From an uncultured Candidatus Saccharibacteria bacterium (GTDB lineage Bacteria; Patescibacteriota; Saccharimonadia; UBA4664; CAZJNH01): DNA of 64,000 nt. Numbering within the stretch: position 1 is the first letter of the stretch; every line of letters begins with the position of its first letter. Location: the NCBI GenBank assembly GCA_964478595.1, contig CAYZIN010000004.1, positions 557 to 64,556 on the forward strand, written 5' to 3'. A model generated the notes under the pieces. The model saw only the letters and a list, made by a program, of their open reading frames with translations, was not told where the DNA came from and searched no databases. A program made the position numbers and the translations under genes. Positions 22,479 to 30,263 of the stretch are shown in pieces.

Positions 22479-24209
22479 CTACGGCTTAAAGTGTTTAAGT
22501 TTGACGATTATCGGACCGCTGAGTCCGAGCAAGGCTGCCACAATGAGGGCTATATAAAGAGTCCTTGGCTGCGCTGGGTTACCAGCAGGGGTTGGGGCCG
22601 TTGTAGGATTAGTAACATTGCTTTCGTTTTGGGACGCAGTTCCGTTTGCATTATCGATCGCCGAAATCGTATTTCCCAGATCATAAAACCCGTTTGGGGT
22701 TGCTGGGGGCGAGGTTGGGGTTGCCGTTTGCGGAACTGGCTTTGTGATAGCCATCGAATAACTCCGCGAGTCGCTATAGGTCCCCCCGTCGCCATTAGTA
22801 TCCGTGACGGTAACGGTAAAACTGTAGCTGCCGACGGCAGTCGGTGTCCCATTGATTACTCCGGTAGACGAATTTAAGCTTAAGCCGGGCGGCAAAGCAC
22901 CAGAGCTCAGACTGAAATTGGGCGCACCCTGGCTACCCGATACTGGAATAGTCGAGGCGTAACTTGCACCCAATGTCCCGTCTGGCACCGTCGTTCCGGT
23001 AAGATGGACGAAATTGAAGACAAATACCTTCCCCCACTCATCTGACACAAACAACCGCCGCTCTTTCGAATCGTAGGCATCATCTATACCAGCAGGGTTG
23101 CAAAAAAGTGTCCCGTCGGCACTGCAATCGGTATTAGTGGTCGTGAAGTCTGCCTGATCCAAAACAGCGAAGGCGTCCTCACCATCACTAACAGATGACA
23201 TGTCAAAGCCGATTACTCGCCCATCGTCGGAATCATTTACAAACAACAGATGTTGACTCGGGTCATAAATTAAACCCCATACAAAACCAAAGCTGTGACG
23301 GGTAGCGCCGTCACTATTAAGGGTATTTAGGTCCGGCTGCCCGACCACATGAGTTGCTGGCATACCGTCGATGATTCCCAAAGAGAGGTCAAATACCATT
23401 ACTCTGTCCTGGGGGCCGTCACCGACCATCAGCATTTTTAGGGATGGGTCGTAGGCCAAACCGGTTGGCCCGTCGAAACCAAAGGCGTCACTATAGAAAT
23501 TTTCAGTCGAGAAGTCGGGCTGACCCAGGACGTTGCTAGCATCCATCCCATCGGTTATACCGCCGGAAAGATCAAACACCAACACTCGGTTGTTGCCCCA
23601 ATCGGCAACGAACAATCGGCTTTGATCAGCATCGTAGACTAATCCCATAACATTCGAGTTGATAGAGCTTTGATCCAGAGAGCCGCTGGGAGCTGTGTCG
23701 AAGTCCGGCTCGCCAAGCTCGTGACTGGCGTCCATGCCATCGATAACCCCACCCGACAAATCGAACACCAAGACTCGACCGTTACCCTGGTCAGCTACGA
23801 AGAGTCGGTTGTCGATCGCGTCGTATGCCACGCCCGCTGTGTGGTTGAACCCGGCGTGTCCCGCTCCCGGATTTGTACCGTTTAAATCGGTTTGCCCAAG
23901 CACATTGTCGGCTACATGGTCGAGGAGTTGGTTTTGGGAATCGAGATCATAAATTAGCACGCGGTTAGCGGTTGTATCACTCACAAACAAGCGATGATGA
24001 ACTGAATCGAGCGCGGTCGAGAAGGGCACGTTAAGAAAGGTGTCGTTTGTACCGGGCCCCATCTGATCGCTGGGGCCGTAAGGTGTAGCGGCTAGCGCTT
24101 TAGCAGAAAAAAGTGGAGACAGCACCAGCCAAGACAAAAATAATGCCAATCCGGCAAGCTTAACTTTGAAGAATTTTGATTTGGCGGACATTTTGGTTTT
24201 GTGCCTCAA
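22479..24209 (-). CDS. Secreted NHL-repeat beta-propeller protein with putative Ig domain and C-terminal TM
   Basis: Repeated RLFVAD..N.RVLVFD and VLGQPDF motifs; LPPGLSLNSSTGVINGTPT Ig motif. Start may be ATG 24191. Confidence 0.9.
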   Translation of the reverse strand: MRHKTKMSAKSKFFKVKLAGLALFLSWLVLSPLFSAKALAATPYGPSDQMGPGTNDTFLNVPFSTALDSVHHRLFVSDTTANRVLIYDLDSQNQLLDHVADNVLGQTDLNGTNPGAGHAGFNHTAGVAYDAIDNRLFVADQGNGRVLVFDLSGGVIDGMDASHELGEPDFDTAPSGSLDQSSINSNVMGLVYDADQSRLFVADWGNNRVLVFDLSGGITDGMDASNVLGQPDFSTENFYSDAFGFDGPTGLAYDPSLKMLMVGDGPQDRVMVFDLSLGIIDGMPATHVVGQPDLNTLNSDGATRHSFGFVWGLIYDPSQHLLFVNDSDDGRVIGFDMSSVSDGEDAFAVLDQADFTTTNTDCSADGTLFCNPAGIDDAYDSKERRLFVSDEWGKVFVFNFVHLTGTTVPDGTLGASYASTIPVSGSQGAPNFSLSSGALPPGLSLNSSTGVINGTPTAVGSYSFTVTVTDTNGDGGTYSDSRSYSMAITKPVPQTATPTSPPATPNGFYDLGNTISAIDNANGTASQNESNVTNPTTAPTPAGNPAQPRTLYIALIVAALLGLSGPIIVKLKHFKP

Positions 24210-24303
24210 AAAGCTTATGGTTAGATTCTACCTCGTTAAACCAGATTGGGCAACCAAATGGAAAGAGCTCATTGCTGAGCCCTTTCCAGACTTGCAACGA
24301 GCT

Positions 24304-24627
24304 CTACTTCTGAGCGTAAATCAGGCTGTGCCCAGCCTTGAACTCTGGTGCCGCCGGGTCCCCTCTTTGGAGCCCCAAGCCTGGCAGCTTGGCCGAGTGA
24401 TCGGTCAACCCTTTCGGGATATGCTGCTCGACCTCGGGCACATTGGCGCTCGACGTAAGCGCCGCCAGTTTGGTCGCACCGGTGGAAACCGGTCTTACTG
24501 CTGCGGGAGCGGCTTGGCTGGTCATCTCATGACCTGGTCCGCAATTTGCCGCAACCTTGCCACCTGTTGCCAGGACGGCCATGGCCGCGCCGGCTACTGC
24601 CACCCTGGCTACCAGTTTGGCTTGCAC
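24304..24627 (-). CDS. Hypothetical secreted protein
   Basis: GGAGG 5 nt before GTG 24627; TTGACG-N17-TACGAT promoter at 24673-24701; signal-like N-terminus. Confidence 0.55.
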   Translation of the reverse strand: MQAKLVARVAVAGAAMAVLATGGKVAANCGPGHEMTSQAAPAAVRPVSTGATKLAALTSSANVPEVEQHIPKGLTDHSAKLPGLGLQRGDPAAPEFKAGHSLIYAQK

Positions 24628-24710
24628 TACCACCTCCCTTGAGGTTGGAAATACCGAAACTACAGGAAGCATATCGTACGCCCACACCTGTAACCCGTCA
24701 AGGATTCAAC

Positions 24711-25072
24711 AAAAAAATCCCGAACAAAATCGGGATACGTTAACGGGGCGACTAGATCCGCCCATTATTTTGAAAATATGGCGCCTGTCGCCCCGTAGAC
24801 GGTTCCTACACCGAGTGGGCGTAGAAGCCGTAGAAAGAGCTCCAGCTTAAGGTGATGCTCGCATAACGACCCTCCGTTTACCTTAAAAGGCTGGCAATGC
24901 AGCCCCCACCACTGTGTGGCCGACCGGAGACCCGGACGCCGACTACCCCAGTGGGGTGAGTCCGAATTAGATATAAGGGGGATACATCTAATCCGGGCTG
25001 ACCCCACCGCCTGTGGAAGCTGATGTTTTATCGAGGAGAGACCCCGATGTTTTGGTTTTTAAAGAACCGAAC
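24711..25072 (-). ncRNA. Candidate ~360-nt structured ncRNA, family unknown
   Basis: TTGACA-N18-TAAAGT promoter (25079-25108), several long helices, intrinsic terminator ATCCCGA-loop-TCGGGAT plus U-tract (24711-24736); no convincing ORF. Confidence 0.55.
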
Positions 25073-25150
25073 ATAACCACTTTAGCATAAGCTTTATGGT
25101 TGTGTCAAGACTCCTATGGTTGTAGTTTCTACATCGTTACTTCGAGAGGG

Positions 25151-26137
25151 TTACAAAATTCCGACAGCTTTTTTTACCTCTTCCAGTTTTGGTTCAGCAA
25201 TCGCGTTGGCTTTTTCCCTACCCTGATCCAATACTTTCGCTAAGTGATCGGGGTCTTTGGTTATCTGATTAAAACTTTCTTGCAGCTTTAAGACATCAGC
25301 CGAGATTAAATCAGCTAAATCATGTTTGAAATTGCTATAACCCTGGCCTTCATACTCTTTTTCCAAAGTTTTAATAGTTTTCCCAGAAGCCGACGAGTAA
25401 ATAGTGAGTAAGTTTGAAATTGCGGGTTTGTCCGGCGAAAACTCTACATTATTGCCCGAATCTGTTACCGCCCCTTTAACTTTGTCTTCAATCACTTGTG
25501 GCGTATCGGACAATAGGATATTGCCCGAGTCGTCATCGTCGGATTTGCTCATCTTCTCATTTGGATTCTGCAGATTCATGATTCGGGTACCAGTTTCAGC
25601 CAAGGTTGCCACCGGCAATTTAAAGATGTTGCCGTAAAGCTTATTGAACCGGTCGGCGATATCCCTGGTCAGCTCTACATGTTGGCGCTGATCGTCTCCT
25701 ACCGGCACTTCATCGGGGCTGTAAAGCAAAATGTCAGCTGCCATCAACACTGGGTAATCGAATAATCCGACTAACTGGCCCTCTGATCCTATCTTGCGGG
25801 ATTTGTCCTTAAACTGCGTCATTCGAGATAACTCGCCCATGGTAACGTAATTATTCAGAATCCAGGCTAACTCCGAGTGAGCCGGAACGTGGGATTGCAT
25901 GAAAATAACAGCCTTATCCGGATCGATCCCGGCCGCCAGCAGCCAAGCAACGGCGTTTAGGCTGGCCTGTTGCAAAAATACCGGTTCAGGACGAACCGTT
26001 AAAGCATGAAGGTTAGGCACAAAATAGAAATTCTCCGTTTTGTCTTGGTCGGTCGCCCAATGCTTCATCGCACCAAGATAATTACCTAGAGTTGGTGTCT
26101 GGCTGGTCGGCTTTAATCCGGAGAGCAACCGCTTCAC
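25151..26137 (-). CDS. trpS: Tryptophan--tRNA ligase
   Basis: TLGNYLGA, YPVLMAADILLY, VPVGDDQ, KMSKS. Confidence 0.98.
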   Translation of the reverse strand: MKRLLSGLKPTSQTPTLGNYLGAMKHWATDQDKTENFYFVPNLHALTVRPEPVFLQQASLNAVAWLLAAGIDPDKAVIFMQSHVPAHSELAWILNNYVTMGELSRMTQFKDKSRKIGSEGQLVGLFDYPVLMAADILLYSPDEVPVGDDQRQHVELTRDIADRFNKLYGNIFKLPVATLAETGTRIMNLQNPNEKMSKSDDDDSGNILLSDTPQVIEDKVKGAVTDSGNNVEFSPDKPAISNLLTIYSSASGKTIKTLEKEYEGQGYSNFKHDLADLISADVLKLQESFNQITKDPDHLAKVLDQGREKANAIAEPKLEEVKKAVGIL

Positions 26138-27087
26138 TCCTCTTCCTCCGCGCCCACTGCGGCGGGCTGTTTAAGGCTCTTTGGTTCGTTTCCGCCAGTT
26201 AGATGGTTGGCTGACTCGATCTTGGCGCCAAGGCGGTTAAAACTCGACGAGGCGTTATCCATTTGGGCCTTAGCGTTAGATAAATGCTTTTGGACTAAAT
26301 TAAATTCGTCGGCAAAACGCCGTGTGTCACCCTGAATATCCTTCAAGAAATTCATCACTTCCTTGGCCCGTTCCTCAATCATATCGCCTTCAAGCGACAA
26401 CAAGATGATACCGAGGTAGTAGGTAAAGGTATGCGGCGAGACCAGAAAGACTCGAAGCGAATTTGCATAAGAGTCTAGGTCGGTGTTGGTCATGATTTCG
26501 TAGTAGACCGCTTCTCCCGGAACATACATGAGGGCAAAATCGACCGTACCTTCTCCGGGTAAAATATATTTTTTAGCAATGTCGGTGATGTGTTTTTTTA
26601 CATCCGAAATGAATAGTTTGTGAGCGCTCGCCTTCTCGGCCTCGTCTTTGGCTTGAACGTATTTTAGATAATTTTCAACCGGAAACTTAGAGTCGATAGG
26701 AATTAGACCGTTCTTGGTCTTGATGACGGCGTCGACTTTGGCGTGGGTTTTAAACTCGTACTGCAAACGATAATTCCCCTTGGGAATATTTTGCTTAATC
26801 AGATCACCCATCAGCCGTTCGCCAACATTGCCGCGCAGTTTAGGAGACTTCAAGACGTCTTGAATATCCTTCAGGCCTCGGCCAAGCTCCTGCATTTTGC
26901 CGAGCTCGTTTTGGAGGCTACCAAACACTTCAGCTGCTCGATCAAGCCGCTGGTTCATGTTGGTTAAGTCCTGCTTGAGTAGACCCATCCCAGAGTCATT
27001 TTTGAGCTCCGAGATTTTGGTAAACAGCAGCAAGAAACCGCCAACGACGGCCGCTAAAACTACGACTCCTACCAGTAACGCTTCCAT
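26134..27087 (-). CDS. rmuC: DNA recombination protein RmuC
   Basis: N-terminal TM, coiled coil, RGNVGE, IDSKFP, DFALMYVPGE. Confidence 0.92.
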   Translation of the reverse strand: MEALLVGVVVLAAVVGGFLLLFTKISELKNDSGMGLLKQDLTNMNQRLDRAAEVFGSLQNELGKMQELGRGLKDIQDVLKSPKLRGNVGERLMGDLIKQNIPKGNYRLQYEFKTHAKVDAVIKTKNGLIPIDSKFPVENYLKYVQAKDEAEKASAHKLFISDVKKHITDIAKKYILPGEGTVDFALMYVPGEAVYYEIMTNTDLDSYANSLRVFLVSPHTFTYYLGIILLSLEGDMIEERAKEVMNFLKDIQGDTRRFADEFNLVQKHLSNAKAQMDNASSSFNRLGAKIESANHLTGGNEPKSLKQPAAVGAEEEE

Positions 27088-27105
27088 AACGCTTATTCTA
27101 ACAGA

Positions 27106-27714
27106 TTAGGCGCGAACGCCGAGAGATTGCAGCTGAGTGACCAGCGGTTCGTAGCCGTTGAATTTGATAGCGACAATTCCCAGAGCCTCAGCCCCCGCTA
27201 CGTTTTCCGACAAATCATCGATAAAAATCATTTCCTGAGGGGCAACTCCCAAACCATCGGCCAGTTTTTGAAAGGCCTCTTTGTCCGGTTTACGACAGCC
27301 GATTTCGTTACTCATTAAAGCTACGTCGAACCGATCAAAAATATGACGAGTTCTATTAACCGCAACATGTGGAGCCGTCGTGTTTGATAGTAAACCGAGC
27401 TTGTAGCCGTTTGACCGTAGCCTATCGACCAGATCCAGCATGTGGGGAATTTCTGGAGTTTGTTGCTTTAGGTCACCAACCCAAAGGTCCAACATGCTTG
27501 GATCATATGATTCACCTAACCTACGCGCCACCTCCTGCCAAAACTGCTGCGGCGACATTTCACCCCTTTCGAACGGTTTCTCAACCTCTTCAAAAATCGG
27601 CTGAAGTTGGGTTATGGTAACTCCCAACTTTGCCATGGTCCGCTCATAAAAAACGTGGATGCTGTTTTGAATCAACACCCCGCCTAAATCAAAACCAATC
27701 GCTTTTATCGTCAT
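27106..27714 (-). CDS. HAD-family phosphatase
   Basis: FDLGGV, LSNT, KPD, FIDD motifs. Confidence 0.92.
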   Translation of the reverse strand: MTIKAIGFDLGGVLIQNSIHVFYERTMAKLGVTITQLQPIFEEVEKPFERGEMSPQQFWQEVARRLGESYDPSMLDLWVGDLKQQTPEIPHMLDLVDRLRSNGYKLGLLSNTTAPHVAVNRTRHIFDRFDVALMSNEIGCRKPDKEAFQKLADGLGVAPQEMIFIDDLSENVAGAEALGIVAIKFNGYEPLVTQLQSLGVRA

Positions 27715-27770
27715 CTTACTTATCTTAAAACAAAAAAGGCCTCAGACGAGACCTCTTTTGCATTTAACGG

Positions 27771-28175
27771 CTATTTCCAGACCGCTAAAATCGCACCCAT
27801 CGAAACTAATGCCACTAGGTAATACCCAACGTTAATAATATAAAGCTCCCAGCTGCGATCCTCGAAAACCTTTAGACCGAGGAAAGTTGTCGCCACAAAC
27901 CCGAGCCAGGCCCATAGACCGGTAATAGCGCCGTCCATAGCCGTAGTTGAGTTGGTGTAAGCAACGAAATGAGCCAAGATGTAGGCCATTACCAACGCCC
28001 CTGCAAACATATATACGTACATTGTTGGTTTTGCTTTGATCTCGGCCTGGGTTTTACCTAGGGCCTTCATCCAGGGCTTAGCAAACAACGCCTTGGAATA
28101 CCAGATTGCGCCAATAATCATGTCTGCCACCCCGGCAACCAGCACAGCCACCATATTCACTGAAACAGTTGTCAT
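27771..28175 (-). CDS. DUF1761-like four-TM membrane protein
   Basis: GAIWYS..LFAKPWM and four TM helices. Confidence 0.85.
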   Translation of the reverse strand: MTTVSVNMVAVLVAGVADMIIGAIWYSKALFAKPWMKALGKTQAEIKAKPTMYVYMFAGALVMAYILAHFVAYTNSTTAMDGAITGLWAWLGFVATTFLGLKVFEDRSWELYIINVGYYLVALVSMGAILAVWK

Positions 28176-28218
28176 AAAATATCACCGCCTTTCTGCCGAC
28201 AATTATCCGCCTATCAGG

Positions 28219-28986
28219 TTAGGGACGCAACTCAGCTTTACGGGAGGCATCAATGTATTGGCAATATTCGCAGTCCGGGCTCGAGGCTGGAAATTCGTTG
28301 GCGTTTAACGCGCGGTGAATCTCGGTAACTTTCGGTTCCACCCAAGAGTCGTCGCCCTTATAGGGTAGTAGCGTTAAGTGAAACTCCAGCTTGGCATCAA
28401 ACTTAGGTTTATCGTTTTGCCCGTTGGCGTAAACGAAGTAACCAGTCTGGCTGACGTTGAAACCATTTTGGCGCAGCAGCCATTGGTAGATCTCCATTTG
28501 TCGTTTATAAGACTGCTTCCACCTATCCTCTAGAGTAATTTCAGCGTTCTTACTGGTAGCTTTATAGTCAACTACGATTAACTCTTCGGCTGAATTGATC
28601 CAAATGTCATCAACCGCACCAAAAACCACGAAATTAGTGGGGACGTGGTGGTAACGCACCCCATGAAAGTTTTCCCGCCACTTCCCTAGGTTTGTGTGGC
28701 CGAACGGCACCGCGTCGACTGCGTAATGTTCCATGATTGGGTGGCGAGTGCCGGCTATCCGGTGGGCGTCAAACTCTTTTTTGAGTAGGGTGTCGACCGC
28801 AGAGTTGAGCAAAAATGGCGGAGTTGACGGCTTTGAAACGGCCAGCCGCCGGTCAAAGTAAAAGCAGCGCGGACAGCGAACGTAGTCCTCGATCTTCGAT
28901 CGACTGATTTCGTACGGTTTGGACGCACCCGGAGTATAGATGTTTCGCACCCTGTGATAAGCCACTAGCCTTACGGCAACCCCCAC
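28219..28986 (-). CDS. PD-(D/E)XK nuclease (solo Cas4-like/RecB-like family)
   Basis: CPRC, GAVDD, VVDYKAT, QMEIY, CEYC. Start may be GTG 28950. Confidence 0.9.
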   Translation of the reverse strand: MGVAVRLVAYHRVRNIYTPGASKPYEISRSKIEDYVRCPRCFYFDRRLAVSKPSTPPFLLNSAVDTLLKKEFDAHRIAGTRHPIMEHYAVDAVPFGHTNLGKWRENFHGVRYHHVPTNFVVFGAVDDIWINSAEELIVVDYKATSKNAEITLEDRWKQSYKRQMEIYQWLLRQNGFNVSQTGYFVYANGQNDKPKFDAKLEFHLTLLPYKGDDSWVEPKVTEIHRALNANEFPASSPDCEYCQYIDASRKAELRP

Positions 28987-29016
28987 TTTGCCTCTAATTT
29001 ACCATACTTATTATGA

Positions 29017-29039
29017 CGAACAAAAAACGAACAGTCAAG
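29017..29039 (-). promoter_or_regulatory. TTGACT -35 plus GTTC-N7-GTTC operator (LexA-like)
   Basis: CTTGACTGTTCGTTTTTTGTTCG followed by CATAAT; identical to 54943-54965. Confidence 0.7.
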
Positions 29040-29124
29040 CTTCTCTCTTGACTCATAGGAGTAAAATATTAAATAAGCAAAAGCGTAAAGCTTTGGGTCT
29101 CGTTCATTGAGGAAGGAGGCAGAG

Positions 29125-29637
29125 ATGGATTCCGATAAGCCGGTGTTGATGCCTTGCTGCAAAGCCGAGCTGTCGGTCGGGGAGTTGGTCATGCGATCGT
29201 TGATCCTGTATTGCGACAAGTACCCGGGTCTCTATGTGGTCCGGACGGCCTGTCCCAACAACCGCTGCCCCGTCGAGTTCACCTACCGGTTCAACCGGGT
29301 CGACAAGGTCGATGGCAAGGAATGCTATATCGACATCGTTAGCCCTTACCGCAAGCTCGGCAGTTTGGAGGTCCGAGACAACGATGCGACCCAGGAAATC
29401 TGCGATCGCTACCGCGAGCAGTTCGGTAACGAGCCCCTGTCCGGGCACCTGATCGGCTCCAACGCCGAGAAAGCCCTCAGGGACTTCCACCGGGAAATGA
29501 ACAACTTCGGGTTTGCCTGGCAGATCGAGACAGTCTGGGACAACGAGCCGCTCGATCTGGTCAGGGAAGTAACCAGCATGCAGCAGGAAGCCCGGCGTCG
29601 CTTCGGCTCACTCCACGATCTCCCCCGAAGCGCCTAG
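29125..29637 (+). CDS. Cys-rich hypothetical protein (ORFan-like)
   Basis: AGGAGG before ATG 29125; own terminator. Confidence 0.75.
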   Translation: MDSDKPVLMPCCKAELSVGELVMRSLILYCDKYPGLYVVRTACPNNRCPVEFTYRFNRVDKVDGKECYIDIVSPYRKLGSLEVRDNDATQEICDRYREQFGNEPLSGHLIGSNAEKALRDFHREMNNFGFAWQIETVWDNEPLDLVREVTSMQQEARRRFGSLHDLPRSA

Positions 29638-29649
29638 CTCTAATTCGAA

Positions 29650-29675
29650 CGCCCCCGGTCACTCGACCGGGGGCG
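29650..29675. terminator. Hairpin between the convergent ORF and tRNA
   Basis: CGCCCCCGGTC-ACTC-GACCGGGGGCG perfect 11-bp stem. Confidence 0.75.
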
Positions 29676-29692
29676 TGCACGTTTATAAATCC

Positions 29693-29768
29693 TGGTCGGG
29701 GTGGCGGGACTCGAACCCACGGCCTCACGCACCCGAAGCGTGCGCGCTACCAACTGCGCCACACCCCG
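29693..29768 (-). tRNA. tRNA-Pro (anticodon CGG)
   Basis: CGGGGTG acceptor stem, CACGC-TTCGGGT-GCGTG anticodon arm, GTTCGAGTC T-arm, encoded CCA; 76 nt. Confidence 0.97.
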
Positions 29769-29798
29769 AACCGGTAAATTATACCTTTGTTATCAGAG

Positions 29799-30263
29799 TT
29801 AAATCCAGCGTGAACGGCGAACGATTCTACGTCGGCCGTAAACCGCCAAAGCGCCAAAGTTTTTTTCAATTACTTGACGCCAATTATCTTTCAGCCATTT
29901 CTTCTGCTTTTTGTATAAGTCTTCCAGCCCCCTCTCGGCAAACTCGGCCCTCATTACCCCGCCAGCATGCGGCTGTTGGTACTTTTGTTCTAGAGGCGAG
30001 TTAAAGCCATGGGCGTAGTGGCTCATCTCGTGCACCAAAGTAGCCGTTACCACATACTCCGGAATCTCCGGATCACGAAAAAGACCGTTCATAGTAATTA
30101 CGCTGGTGGAGCGATCTCTTGGATCGAGCTTGAGCGAGCCGAGACGAGTCTTGGCCCTTCTACCGTATTCGATCCGTACAATATTCTCCTGGGGTACATC
30201 GGCAAAATACTTATCCCATATCTCATCAAGCAGACCGTGCAACCAGGCTTCGTCACGTTTCAT
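29799..30263 (-). CDS. SprT-like zinc metallopeptidase
   Basis: HEMSH plus downstream His (PHAGG); ATGA overlap with the helicase gene. Confidence 0.8.
   Translation of the reverse strand: MKRDEAWLHGLLDEIWDKYFADVPQENIVRIEYGRRAKTRLGSLKLDPRDRSTSVITMNGLFRDPEIPEYVVTATLVHEMSHYAHGFNSPLEQKYQQPHAGGVMRAEFAERGLEDLYKKQKKWLKDNWRQVIEKNFGALAVYGRRRIVRRSRWI

Noticed and set aside
24720-24735. CGAACAAAATCGG as another GTTC operator
   Set aside because: Explained as the stem-loop of the intrinsic terminator; no second half-site.
28219-28986. Cas4 as part of a CRISPR system
   Set aside because: No cas1/cas2 or array; the CxxC..CxxC layout fits a solo PD-(D/E)XK nuclease.
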